Positions 30,501-40,107 of a stretch of DNA of 64,000 nt are shown here, piece by piece (the first letter of the stretch is position 1; every line of letters starts with the position of its first letter). The DNA is from a virus. Taxonomy: Duplodnaviria; Caudoviricetes. The stretch lies in IMG/VR virus record IMGVR_UViG_3300046167_000724. The stretch is one strand, 5' to 3'. The notes under the pieces are model-generated. The model was not told the origin of the DNA. It did no database searches and worked only from the letters and a program-made list of their open reading frames with translations. Both the position numbers and the translations under genes were made by a program.

Positions 30501-31670
30501 CAAGAACACTTAGACCTTTACATGCAAACCATTAACGGCCCACAAAACCGTAAAAGAAACACAGGTATAAAAGACTGGACAGTAACATGGGACGCAGGTC
30601 CTAAGGTTACCTCTAAGAGCGACCGGGCGATCGAATGCGATTTTCTAATTGATGGTAAGTCAGTGTACAGCCATACATTAAATGGTGAGGGCCATTGGTG
30701 TAAGCCAGCTATTCAATACTGGGCAGACTGGACGGTTGTTGTAGATGGTGAAGAGCATCGAATAGAAACGGCGGGGTCAACTCAGATCATACAATTTGAT
30801 TCAAGTTCACTTGGAGACTCTTTAAGCTGGGTGGAACCGTGTGTAGAGTTTAAGAACCAGAAGGGATTAGAGAGGTTGTATATTGCAACGCACAAGAACT
30901 GGTTGTTTGATAAAGCACACTATGCTAAACAGAACATTCATTTTATAGCACCTGGTGAATTCCCAGATGATGCTGTTGCACTTTGGCGTGTTGGTGTTTA
31001 CATGGAAGATGTAGGTGGACAAGTATGGTTCCCTAATAAGAATAAGAGGGATTGGCGTAAAATCTATTTAGGTGATATTGCAAGTGATACATTAGATGTT
31101 GGTCAAGCAATGCGTGCACCTAAGTTGGTGTATCGTGGAAAGACAGAACAAAAACGCCCTTATATCTGTATTGCAACTGCAAGTACGGCACAAGCTAAAT
31201 ACTGGAACAATGAAACGGGTTGGCAAGAATTAGTTAACCATTATAAAGCTAAGGGATATGACGTGTATCATATTAGTAAAGAGGCGACAAATCTAAAGGG
31301 TATTAAAAAATCTCCAGAGGATTTGGCTGATGTCTATAGATTACTACAGGGTGCACAAATGTTTTATGGTATCTCATCTGGTCTTAGTTGGTTTGCATGG
31401 GCAACTGACGTGCCTATTACACTAATCAGTGGATTTACACCTGAAATATGTGAGTTTGATGATGAAAGAACTTTACGTATTATTAACAAGTCGGTTTGTA
31501 ATAGCTGTTGGTTTGACAAGCATTTTGACAGGGGTGATTGGAACTGGTGTCCGGAACATAAAGGAACTGATAGACAATTTGAATGTACAACTACGATTAC
31601 TGCAGAAAGTGTAATCGAACAAGTAGAACAATTTTTCAAAATTGAAGAAATAGCATATGAAACCAAATAA
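27584..31670 (+). CDS. multidomain glycosyltransferase (~1360 aa): GT9-like + GT-A-like + GT4-like + Aah/TibC-like O-heptosyltransferase; probable indel ~30095
   Basis: LGDTIAAIP..R.L, IHP..TW..R.W, DSGILH.A (GT9); YMDGD (DxD); PHLSTGGMP...FNSTWECNP (GT4-like); SLGDSLSW, STAQAKYWN, GISSGLSW.AW, VCNSCW..WCPEH...RQFEC (Aah/TibC). Confidence 0.8.
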
Positions 31671-32424
31671 TCCTAATTTTTGGACAGATATTAACGGGCA
31701 ACTAGTCCTTAGAAATCTAGAAAGAGAAGAAAGCATATACCGGGATAATATATTTCCAGCATGGTCTAAAAATCAAATTGACGAGCCTATATTAATCTAC
31801 TATGAAGTATATGATTGTCATAGTGGTGGTTATATTGATGATTCTTTATATCAGTTTAATGAGTGTTTTATTAAAGAAGGTGACGTTGTTTTAGATTTAG
31901 GTGCTAATATTGGTATCTTTACTAGATTTGCAAGTGATAAAGGTGCTAAGAAGGTTTATTCTTTTGAACCTGTACAAGAAAACTTTAGACTATTATCATT
32001 AAATAGACCTGATAATTGTGAGGCACATAGAATTGCAATTTCTAATAAAGATAACGACGCTGTTCAAATTTCATATAAGCCTAATTGTCCGGGTGGTAGT
32101 TCTATAATTAAATATGAAGATGGTATTTTACAAACTTGTATGACTATGACTGTAGATACTTTAATTAATAATGGTGTTATTGAACAACCTGATTTTATTA
32201 AAATGGATATTGAAGGTGCTGAAGCATTAGCATTTGAAGGTATTTCAGATGATGTGTTACGTAAAACTAGATGTATTACTATGGAAATGCATGAAGATGT
32301 TATTGGTAAAGAAGATTCTGATAAAATATATGATAGACTACGTGGTTTAGGATTTAAACCATTTACATTATACAACCCGGATAATAATAATATTGTTTGG
32401 TTTACAAATAATAATTTAATATAA
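31657..32424 (+). CDS. FkbM-family methyltransferase
   Basis: LDLGANIG.F, FEP, FIKMDIEGAE. Confidence 0.9.
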   Translation: MKPNNPNFWTDINGQLVLRNLEREESIYRDNIFPAWSKNQIDEPILIYYEVYDCHSGGYIDDSLYQFNECFIKEGDVVLDLGANIGIFTRFASDKGAKKVYSFEPVQENFRLLSLNRPDNCEAHRIAISNKDNDAVQISYKPNCPGGSSIIKYEDGILQTCMTMTVDTLINNGVIEQPDFIKMDIEGAEALAFEGISDDVLRKTRCITMEMHEDVIGKEDSDKIYDRLRGLGFKPFTLYNPDNNNIVWFTNNNLI

Positions 32425-32428
32425 AGTT

Positions 32429-33067
32429 ATGATTAATAAAGTAAAATTAGAAATACCCAGAGAGCTTGCAATAGTACAAAAGCTTAATGATATCAATGCT
32501 AAAAATGCTGTTGAAGTTGGAGTGTTTAAGGCTCAATTTAGTAAACACTTATTAGAAAATTGGGGAGGTATTCTTTGGATGGTAGATCCTTGGAGAGCAT
32601 TTGAAGAAGGTGAGGGTTATGTTGATGCATCAAACCACAAACAGCATCAAACAGCATACCTTGAAGCTATGCAAAATATTGAGGGTTATGAATCTAGAGC
32701 TTTTATGTTACGTGGACTTAGTTCTGACATGGCAAGTAGATTTGAAGATGGTTCGCTAGACCTTGTTTATATAGATGGTAATCATGCATATGAATGGGTT
32801 AAAGAAGACATTGAATTATGGTGGCCTAAATTAAGAAAAGGTGGTGTACTTGCTGGTCATGACTATTTAGATATGGATTGGGATAGTGGTACATTTGCAG
32901 ATAATGGGAAAGATAAACACATTTGGATGACAGGTTCTGAACATGAAGAACATATTTATGCTGGTCTTTTCGGGGTTAACCCAGCTGTAGATGAGTTTGT
33001 AGAAAGAGAAGGATTGGAATTAACTTTAACTAGTGAATGGTTAGGTAGTTGGATTGTACAAAAATAA
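32429..33067 (+). CDS. class I SAM methyltransferase (Methyltransf_24-like)
   Basis: VEVGV, VDPW, DLVYIDGNH.YE.V..DI..W..KL..GG.LAGHDY. Confidence 0.88.
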   Translation: MINKVKLEIPRELAIVQKLNDINAKNAVEVGVFKAQFSKHLLENWGGILWMVDPWRAFEEGEGYVDASNHKQHQTAYLEAMQNIEGYESRAFMLRGLSSDMASRFEDGSLDLVYIDGNHAYEWVKEDIELWWPKLRKGGVLAGHDYLDMDWDSGTFADNGKDKHIWMTGSEHEEHIYAGLFGVNPAVDEFVEREGLELTLTSEWLGSWIVQK

Positions 33068-33076
33068 TTAAATATA

Positions 33077-33958
33077 ATGGCAAAAGTAATAGTAACAGGC
33101 GGTGCTGGTTTTATCGGTCACCATTTAGTAAACCTCCTTCTTGATGAAGGACATGAAGTTGATGTGTGGGATAATTTGAGTACTGGTAAACTTGAAAGAT
33201 TACCGTCACATTCAAAATGTACGTTTACAAATTTAGACCTTACGATTGATACACTACCAGATATTAAAGCTGATTGGGTATTTCACCTAGCCGCACCTGT
33301 ATCTGTACAAGAATCGTTAGAAAATCCTTACAAATACGAGCAGGGTTGTTTTATGGCAACTAAGCGTGTGTTAGACTGGTCACTAAAAGCCGGAGTTACT
33401 GATATCTCGTTTGCGAGTACTGCTGCGGTTTATGGTGACCGTGAAGATGTACCATTTACAGAAGACAGTGAGAAAAAACCTATGAGCCCGTATGCTGAAT
33501 GGAAATTAAACTCTGAGCATCTTATAAAAAACTTTACACAACGTTTTAATGTTAGGGCTACTGCACTTCGTTTCTTTAATGTGTTTGGTGAAGGCCAACA
33601 CGACTCAGGTTCTTATGCGCCCGCCGTTGCACTTTTCTTGAAACAATTTGAATCATTCCAACCTATTACAGTTACGGGAACAGGTACACAAACGCGAGAC
33701 TATATTTATGTTAAAGACATTTGTAACGCATTGTACAAATCTATGATACATCCGGCCCAAGAATTTAGAGTGATGAATGTTGGTACTGGTGAAGAAACTT
33801 CAGTACTTGATATTGCAGAAACTTTTGCGGGAGAGATTAAGTTTATACCTGCACGTAAAGAACCTATGAGAAGTTTAGCTGACAGTAGTTTAGCTCAAAA
33901 AAACTTAAACTGGGCACCTGGTAAGAATATCCTCCAATGGATCAATGAAGTAAAATAA
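33077..33958 (+). CDS. NAD-dependent nucleotide-sugar epimerase/dehydratase (extended SDR)
   Basis: TGGAGFIG, HLAA, STAAVYG, SPYAEWK (YxxxK), RFFNVFG, RDYIYV.D. Confidence 0.92.
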   Translation: MAKVIVTGGAGFIGHHLVNLLLDEGHEVDVWDNLSTGKLERLPSHSKCTFTNLDLTIDTLPDIKADWVFHLAAPVSVQESLENPYKYEQGCFMATKRVLDWSLKAGVTDISFASTAAVYGDREDVPFTEDSEKKPMSPYAEWKLNSEHLIKNFTQRFNVRATALRFFNVFGEGQHDSGSYAPAVALFLKQFESFQPITVTGTGTQTRDYIYVKDICNALYKSMIHPAQEFRVMNVGTGEETSVLDIAETFAGEIKFIPARKEPMRSLADSSLAQKNLNWAPGKNILQWINEVK

Positions 33959-34025
33959 ATATATAACGTATCATTAAATAAACAAAACCTATCAGTTTTG
34001 TATAATTAAAAGAACATTATAAATT

Positions 34026-35888
34026 ATGTGCGGAATAGTAGGATACGTTGGTAAAAATAAAGAAGCTCGTGATGTAGTCATCAAGGGTTTAAGACGATTA
34101 GAATACCGCGGCTATGATTCTGCGGGAATCGCTGTAAAATTACAAGATAGTACGTCACGTGTTATTCGTGCAGTTGGTGGTGTTGATAACTTATATGATG
34201 CATTACCAGAAGATTTACAATCAGGTAGTATTGCAATTGGTCATACTCGCTGGGCGACTCACGGTGAACCAGCTGAAAGAAATGCACACCCACATACTTC
34301 GATGAATGGTGTAATTACACTTGTGCATAATGGTATTATTGAAAACTACGAAACACTCAAGAAAAAGTTAATTACTGAAGGGTATACCTTTGAATCAGAT
34401 ACAGATACTGAAGTTTTAGCAAATTGGATTGAATACATTTATTATAAGGTATTTTCGGCTGAAATGGGTGGCCTTAGTGAGATTGTACATACTGCATTAA
34501 AAGATGTTGTTGGAGCATATGCCATTTTAGTGGTTGATATGTATTCAGATGATGTTGTAATGGCGAAAAAGTCTTCACCTCTTGCGATTGGTATCGGTGA
34601 TGGTGAATTTATCATTGCATCAGATGCAACACCAATCGTTGAATACACTAAGGACATTATCTATTTAGAAGACGACCAGCTGGGCGTCATTGAAAACAAG
34701 GCAAACCTACGTATTATAGATTCTAACGCGATAGAGGTTGACCCGGTGGTTGAAACAGTTGAAATGGAGCTTGACCAACTAGAAAAGGGTGGTTACGACT
34801 CATTCATGCTTAAAGAAATTCACGAGCAGCCAGAAACTATCACAAATTGCATACGTGGTAGGCTAACTGAAGGCCTAGAACCCCTAATGATGGGCGGGCT
34901 AGAGCCAATTATGCCACAATTATTAAGAGCACAAAAGATTTTTATTGTAGCGTGTGGAACTTCTTGGCATGCAGCACTTGCAGGTAAGAATATGATTGAG
35001 ACTTTGGCTAGAATTCCCGTTGAAGTAGATTATGCTTCAGAATTCAGGTACAGAGACCCTATTATTCATCAAGGTGACGTTGTTATTGCAATTACACAAT
35101 CGGGTGAGACTGCAGATACCAAAGCCGCACTTGAAATGGCCAAAGAACGTGGTGCAACTTTATTTGGGATTGTAAATGCAGTGGGTTCATCTATTGCTAG
35201 AATGACAGATGCTGGTATTTATACACATTCAGGTGTTGAGGTTGGTGTAGCATCAACTAAAGCGTTTACAGGTCAAGTTGCAGCACTAGCACTTTTAGCT
35301 ATTAAACTAGGTCGTCAATTAGGTAACATCAACGATGACAGGTACTTACAACTAAAATCTTCATTACGTGGTATTCCAAGCAAGATTAAGAGCATTCTAG
35401 ACAAGTCTGATGACATATTAAAGATTGCAGATGCATACGCCAATGAAGACTATAAGGACTTCTTATACTTGGCTAGAGGTTTCAATTTTCCAATAGCACT
35501 AGAAGGTGCCTTAAAACTAAAAGAAATTTCATATGCACACGCTGAAGGATATCCAGCCGGTGAAATGAAACATGGTCCAATTGCATTGATTGATGAAAAT
35601 TGTCCTTCAGTTTTTATTATGCCGAATGACAGTAATTATGGTAAAGTCTTATCAAATATGCAAGAGGTTAAGGCTAGAAAGGGTAAAGTTATTGCTATTG
35701 TAAATGACGGTGAAGAAGTTGTTAAGACTATTGCAGATCATGTAATTGAAATTCCAGAAACTGACCCAATACTTGCACCAATGCTAACAGTTATACCAAT
35801 GCAATTAATTTCTTATCAAATTGCATCAAAACGTGGTAAAAACGTAGATAAACCTAGAAATTTAGCAAAAAGTGTCACTGTAGAATAA
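34026..35888 (+). CDS. glmS: glutamine--fructose-6-phosphate aminotransferase
   Basis: MCGIVG start, LEYRGYDSAG, GHTRWATHG, SQ/TQSGETAD, GELKHG-like GEMKHGP, C-terminal PRNLAKSVTVE. Confidence 0.97.
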   Translation: MCGIVGYVGKNKEARDVVIKGLRRLEYRGYDSAGIAVKLQDSTSRVIRAVGGVDNLYDALPEDLQSGSIAIGHTRWATHGEPAERNAHPHTSMNGVITLVHNGIIENYETLKKKLITEGYTFESDTDTEVLANWIEYIYYKVFSAEMGGLSEIVHTALKDVVGAYAILVVDMYSDDVVMAKKSSPLAIGIGDGEFIIASDATPIVEYTKDIIYLEDDQLGVIENKANLRIIDSNAIEVDPVVETVEMELDQLEKGGYDSFMLKEIHEQPETITNCIRGRLTEGLEPLMMGGLEPIMPQLLRAQKIFIVACGTSWHAALAGKNMIETLARIPVEVDYASEFRYRDPIIHQGDVVIAITQSGETADTKAALEMAKERGATLFGIVNAVGSSIARMTDAGIYTHSGVEVGVASTKAFTGQVAALALLAIKLGRQLGNINDDRYLQLKSSLRGIPSKIKSILDKSDDILKIADAYANEDYKDFLYLARGFNFPIALEGALKLKEISYAHAEGYPAGEMKHGPIALIDENCPSVFIMPNDSNYGKVLSNMQEVKARKGKVIAIVNDGEEVVKTIADHVIEIPETDPILAPMLTVIPMQLISYQIASKRGKNVDKPRNLAKSVTVE

Positions 35889-35937
35889 ACATTTTAAGAT
35901 TTTAATATATAAATAGTATAATTTAACTAATATAAAT

Positions 35938-36324
35938 ATGCAAATTGAAGTATCAAACGGCGAAATCATGGATAAGTATACTATCCTTGAAATTAAGCTG
36001 GAACAGATTAAAGACGAGGCTAAACTTATTAATGTTCGCAATGAACATAATTCATTAAAGCCAGTCGTTGCTCAAATTTATGCAAATAGCCCAGATGGCT
36101 TAGATGCACTACACCAAGATTTACTTAACGTTAATAAAACACTTTGGAACATTGAAGACCTTATTCGCGATTGTGAGCGTGAAAAGAACTTTGGTGAAGA
36201 TTTTGTTGAATTAGCACGTTCAGTATATTATACAAACGACGACAGAGCAGACGTCAAAAAACAAATCAATACCCTAACGGGTTCAGCATTAGTCGAAGAG
36301 AAATCTTACCAAGACTACGCTTAA
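35938..36324 (+). CDS. DUF6165-like protein
   Basis: S.GE..DK.TILEIK...LW.IED..R..E...FG..FV.LARSVY..ND.R...K..IN...GS..VEEKSY; often found near glycan clusters. Confidence 0.75.
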   Translation: MQIEVSNGEIMDKYTILEIKLEQIKDEAKLINVRNEHNSLKPVVAQIYANSPDGLDALHQDLLNVNKTLWNIEDLIRDCEREKNFGEDFVELARSVYYTNDDRADVKKQINTLTGSALVEEKSYQDYA

Positions 36325-36345
36325 TTAAAAAAAGACAAATCTATT

Positions 36346-36630
36346 ATGTCAAGCGACGCAGATAAATTTTGTCACCTATTTTCTAATTTCAGTTTAGTGA
36401 TTAGATGTAAAGGTAAAGCATCGAGACATGCGGCAACTGAAGAAGATATTACTGATATCAGTAAAGCGCAATTGAAAACTTTACTTAAGAAAGCCATTGA
36501 AGAATACAAACAGGCTAAAAAGTTATACAAACATTACAAAATATCTAAAGAAGAACTTTATGATTATGAATGGCGTGTATTTGAACTTAAAACTGAAATA
36601 GACAGGTCAAGTAATGAAGGAGCGCTTTAA
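36346..36630 (+). CDS. hypothetical protein
   Basis: 94-aa helical ORF. Confidence 0.55.
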   Translation: MSSDADKFCHLFSNFSLVIRCKGKASRHAATEEDITDISKAQLKTLLKKAIEEYKQAKKLYKHYKISKEELYDYEWRVFELKTEIDRSSNEGAL

Positions 36631-36640
36631 GCGCTCCTTC
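36616..36640. terminator. terminator-like hairpin
   Basis: Perfect 10-bp stem GAAGGAGCGC/GCGCTCCTTC over the stop codon. Confidence 0.6.
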
Positions 36641-36643
36641 GTT

Positions 36644-36652
36644 GATATATAA
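36644..36652 (+). promoter_or_regulatory. class III (late-type) promoter
   Basis: GATATATAA just upstream of the rod-shaped RNA. Confidence 0.5.
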
Positions 36653-36660
36653 TATAATAG

Positions 36661-36809
36661 TATTGATACACATATTTAGGCAACTGATTAAGTCGGCACA
36701 AATATGGCCTTCGCAATCCAATTAAATTGAATACATCAGATCAATCCAAGAGGCCCCCGTCTCTGATATAATTGTTCAATGTCGATTTACATCAGTTGCT
36801 GTATCAATA
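36661..36809 (+). ncRNA. unassigned rod-shaped RNA candidate (~150 nt)
   Basis: Nested stems TATTGATAC/GTATCAATA, GCAACTGAT/ATCAGTTGC, TAAGTCGGCA/TGTCGATTTA (G-U pairs), ATTGAATA/TGTTCAAT, ATCAGA/TCTGAT. Confidence 0.65.
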
Positions 36810-36824
36810 AAAAAATAAACTATA

Positions 36825-37142
36825 GTGGAAAGTATTATTAATACATATTTTGGTGAATGGGGTGCTTGGGTAATAGGTGCTCTTTTAGCACTAGCAGTAA
36901 AAGACAGTGTTAGTCAATTATGGAGTGGATTTAGATTCCTAATGGGTACTGATTTTGATGTAGATGATATTGTATATCTTAATGGTACTAAGAAAGCACG
37001 TATTGTAAGACAAGGGATATATAAGACAACATTTTATTTGTACGACCACGAAAGAAAGTTTATTGTACCAAACAATAGACTTTGGTCATTGAATATAGAA
37101 AAACAACTTCCAAAATACGAAGAACATAAAGATGAGATTTAA
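36825..37142 (+). CDS. truncated MscS-like protein (TM plus beta domain)
   Basis: TM helix, then F.VDDIV.LNG...RIV..G..KT......FIVPN..L pattern. Confidence 0.55.
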   Translation: MESIINTYFGEWGAWVIGALLALAVKDSVSQLWSGFRFLMGTDFDVDDIVYLNGTKKARIVRQGIYKTTFYLYDHERKFIVPNNRLWSLNIEKQLPKYEEHKDEI

Positions 37143-38541
37143 ATTATTTGAAGAATTTGTCAATGAAGGCATAAATGATCCAGGCATTCTTAAAGCCTTT
37201 TTCATGGCAGGCGGACCAGGTTCTGGTAAATCATATGTAGCATCAGAGCTATTTGGTTTTCCAAAAGCGGCGACATCATCAGTATCATATGCTACGGGCT
37301 TAAAGCTTGTTAATAATGATAATGCTTTTGAGAAAGCAATTAAAGATGCTGGTTATGACATAGGTAAACTAGCAGATTATGCAAAAGACCCTGAAGTATG
37401 GTCTAAAGTAATGGCGATTAGAGATAAAGCTAAAGGCTTAACTAGAAGAATGCAAGGTAATTATATTTCTGGTCGTTTAGGTCAGGTGATTGATGGTACT
37501 GGTAAAGACTTTAAAAAGATTGCGGGAATGCGTAAGATGTATGCTGACTTGGGTTATGATACTTATATGGTTTTTGTTAACACATCACTTGAAACTGCTT
37601 TAGAAAGAAATAGAATGAGACCTCGTAAACTAGACGATGGTATGGTTGAAAAGATGTGGAAAGCTGTTCAAGATAACTTAGGTAAGTTTCAAAAAGAGTT
37701 TGGTTCTGTCAATATGATTATTGTTGATAATAATGCAACTGATGATGAAGAAGGTATTTTAGACCAGATTGAAAAGCAAATTATGAAAAGAATCAAAGAT
37801 CCAGTTAATAACGTATTGGGTAAAAGATGGATTTCAGATAACTCACCAGAGAACAGAAATAAAAACCAACCATTTGGTGTTAGTGAATCTCTTAATGAGG
37901 GTCTAAAGATTACAGCTAAAATGCCAGCTACAATGAAGAAGTTTATTAACGACTTAGCTAAAGACAGACCGAATACTTGGTCAAACGAGTTAACAGATCT
38001 AGCTAACTCAATTATCGGTGCACACAGAGAGTACGACTTAGACCTAGCTGATTCAGACAAGGTTGGACCACAATACATTAATATTAGAGAGCTACCTGTT
38101 TCAGAGCTAACTCCAAGGTCAATTGACATGATCAATAAGTTATGGAATGACATGGGTGACCAAGCTAAAGAAACTATTTATGATGATTACTCACACTGGT
38201 TTAGAGTAAGTAAGAAAGACAGGCCTCTTTACGGTATGTACGAATCAGCAGTTAACGAAGCTAAGGTAACCAAAAAAGACTTTGATAAAGTAGTTAAGGT
38301 ATTAAGTAAATCAAAATACCCATTTACTATCATGCTTGTTCCAAAATGGAATGAAATCGATATTATTACAGGTCAAGATTCACCAGATGATATTGGTGAT
38401 GACATTATTAAAAGATTAGATTCAGCAGGTTTAAATTGGGGTGGAAACTCAGGTATTACTATTTCAGGAGATTCATCAAATTATTCTAGGAGAGAATATG
38501 ATGAGATTGCAAAAATAAACGGCGGGCACAAACATTATTAA
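37132..38541 (+). CDS. zeta-toxin-like P-loop kinase fused to additional modules; N-terminal FEEFVNE tag
   Basis: AGGPGSGKS Walker A, VNND, IDGTG, VNTSLETALERN. Confidence 0.75.
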   Translation: MRFKLFEEFVNEGINDPGILKAFFMAGGPGSGKSYVASELFGFPKAATSSVSYATGLKLVNNDNAFEKAIKDAGYDIGKLADYAKDPEVWSKVMAIRDKAKGLTRRMQGNYISGRLGQVIDGTGKDFKKIAGMRKMYADLGYDTYMVFVNTSLETALERNRMRPRKLDDGMVEKMWKAVQDNLGKFQKEFGSVNMIIVDNNATDDEEGILDQIEKQIMKRIKDPVNNVLGKRWISDNSPENRNKNQPFGVSESLNEGLKITAKMPATMKKFINDLAKDRPNTWSNELTDLANSIIGAHREYDLDLADSDKVGPQYINIRELPVSELTPRSIDMINKLWNDMGDQAKETIYDDYSHWFRVSKKDRPLYGMYESAVNEAKVTKKDFDKVVKVLSKSKYPFTIMLVPKWNEIDIITGQDSPDDIGDDIIKRLDSAGLNWGGNSGITISGDSSNYSRREYDEIAKINGGHKHY

Positions 38542-38543
38542 TT

Positions 38544-39083
38544 ATGAAACACATTAAACTATTTGAATCTTTTATAAATGAAGGTAAACTTACATATGGT
38601 GATGTATATAGTGAGCCTGGTTTTAATCTAATGCAAAAAGATTTAGAAGAAGTATTAGGCAAATACGCTTTTGATTACTTTATTGACAACCCAAAGTCAA
38701 AACAAGTAGAATACAAAATTGAAGGATTAGATGGTGGTGTTTCAGTAACCATATATAGAGATTACAGTAACTATTTTGGTAAATTCTATCTTTACATATA
38801 CTCTAAAAAGTTGAAGCCAAATACGCAAACGATAAAGTTAAAAGATAAAAACGAATTAAATGATATTTTAGGCAAAGTTGCTAAGTTGTTTAATGTAATG
38901 TCACCAAAGCAAGCTGCTATGAAAAAACAGCTTGATGAATTAAATTATAAGTTAGAAGACCTATTATACATGTATGGGGATTCTGATGAAGAGCAGAAAG
39001 CTGCTAGAAATACAAGTAAGTTCAAAAGTTTAGCGAAAAAGGTTGATGCATTACAAGCAAAATATAATAAAACATACGAATAA
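38544..39083 (+). CDS. putative head-internal protein (tag MKHIKLFESFINE)
   Basis: N-terminal tag shared with neighbours. Confidence 0.65.
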   Translation: MKHIKLFESFINEGKLTYGDVYSEPGFNLMQKDLEEVLGKYAFDYFIDNPKSKQVEYKIEGLDGGVSVTIYRDYSNYFGKFYLYIYSKKLKPNTQTIKLKDKNELNDILGKVAKLFNVMSPKQAAMKKQLDELNYKLEDLLYMYGDSDEEQKAARNTSKFKSLAKKVDALQAKYNKTYE

Positions 39084-39736
39084 TGAAGTATATTAAATTA
39101 TTTGAAGCTTTTGTAAATGAAGCTAATAACATGAGAACCTTAAAAGGTTTCTTAAAAGAACTTAAAAAAGAATACGGGCCAACCCCAACTGAACAGTCAT
39201 TAGCAGATTTTATCTATAATAACTACGAAGCTATTACCGGTGAAGATTTAGAAGATTCAAATCCAGCAGCTAATGATCATATTGCAGATATCGTTGCACA
39301 TTTTAAAATGGACGGTGAAGACTTTATGATTGCTTGGGAAGATAGAACAAATGAATCTTTTGTAAATGAAAGAACTGCAAAGGGTGTTGGTCGATACCAT
39401 TCGCCAGATTACAGTGAGTTAATGGACCTTTTAGATATGGCTAAAGAATATACAGACTCTAATCTTTTTAGAGGTAAAAACTTTAAGCTTTATTATAGCG
39501 ATGATTACATTATGTTTGACAACCCAAATGGCGCAGCTGTTGGTTATGACAAAAGAGACATTAGAAAGAAAGACATCTTCCCAGGTAAAAAGGAAGTGGT
39601 TCATACCTTTAAGAAAGCTAACTACAGTCCAGAAGAAACTAAGAAAGAAGTTGAAAAACGTTCTAAAGGTAAAATTTCAGTTGAGATGGCTAAGTGGCAG
39701 GGTGAAGTTACAGGTGTAAATTACATATTTAACTAA
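39083..39736 (+). CDS. putative head-internal protein (tag MKYIKLFEAFVNE)
   Basis: N-terminal tag plus internal ESFVNE copy. Confidence 0.65.
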   Translation: MKYIKLFEAFVNEANNMRTLKGFLKELKKEYGPTPTEQSLADFIYNNYEAITGEDLEDSNPAANDHIADIVAHFKMDGEDFMIAWEDRTNESFVNERTAKGVGRYHSPDYSELMDLLDMAKEYTDSNLFRGKNFKLYYSDDYIMFDNPNGAAVGYDKRDIRKKDIFPGKKEVVHTFKKANYSPEETKKEVEKRSKGKISVEMAKWQGEVTGVNYIFN

Positions 39737-39739
39737 ACT

Positions 39740-40105
39740 ATGAAACGTGTTTATTTATTTGAAGAATTTATATCTGAAAAGGTCGACCTAGACAGGGTTG
39801 AAAAATACGCTGACGATATATTAGACCCGGTGGATGTAGAGTTTACAAAGCACTTTTTCGACAGACTAACAAGGGCTGAACACGATAAAGAGATTACAGA
39901 TGCTGAGCTTATCGGTTTCTTTAAGAGACTAGCTAAAAAGAAAAAGCAGTTTGACAAATTCATGAAACAATACGATGAGTTTGTTATAAAAGATGATAGA
40001 ACGGACATTAACATCCCGTTCAAAGCAAAGGTTGACCAAATCATTGCAAAAACAATTATGCGTAAAGACGATTTCAAAACGTCTGACCCAGAATATAAGA
40101 TATAA
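39740..40105 (+). CDS. putative head-internal protein, possible BECR-fold RNase (tag MKRVYLFEEFISE)
   Basis: EFTKHFFDR...DINIPF...AKTIMRK motif pattern. Confidence 0.6.
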   Translation: MKRVYLFEEFISEKVDLDRVEKYADDILDPVDVEFTKHFFDRLTRAEHDKEITDAELIGFFKRLAKKKKQFDKFMKQYDEFVIKDDRTDINIPFKAKVDQIIAKTIMRKDDFKTSDPEYKI

Positions 40106-40107
40106 TT

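Noticed and set aside
33960-34025. glmS ribozyme upstream of glmS
   Set aside because: The 65-nt leader is almost pure A/T with a promoter motif; no room or conserved core for the ribozyme.
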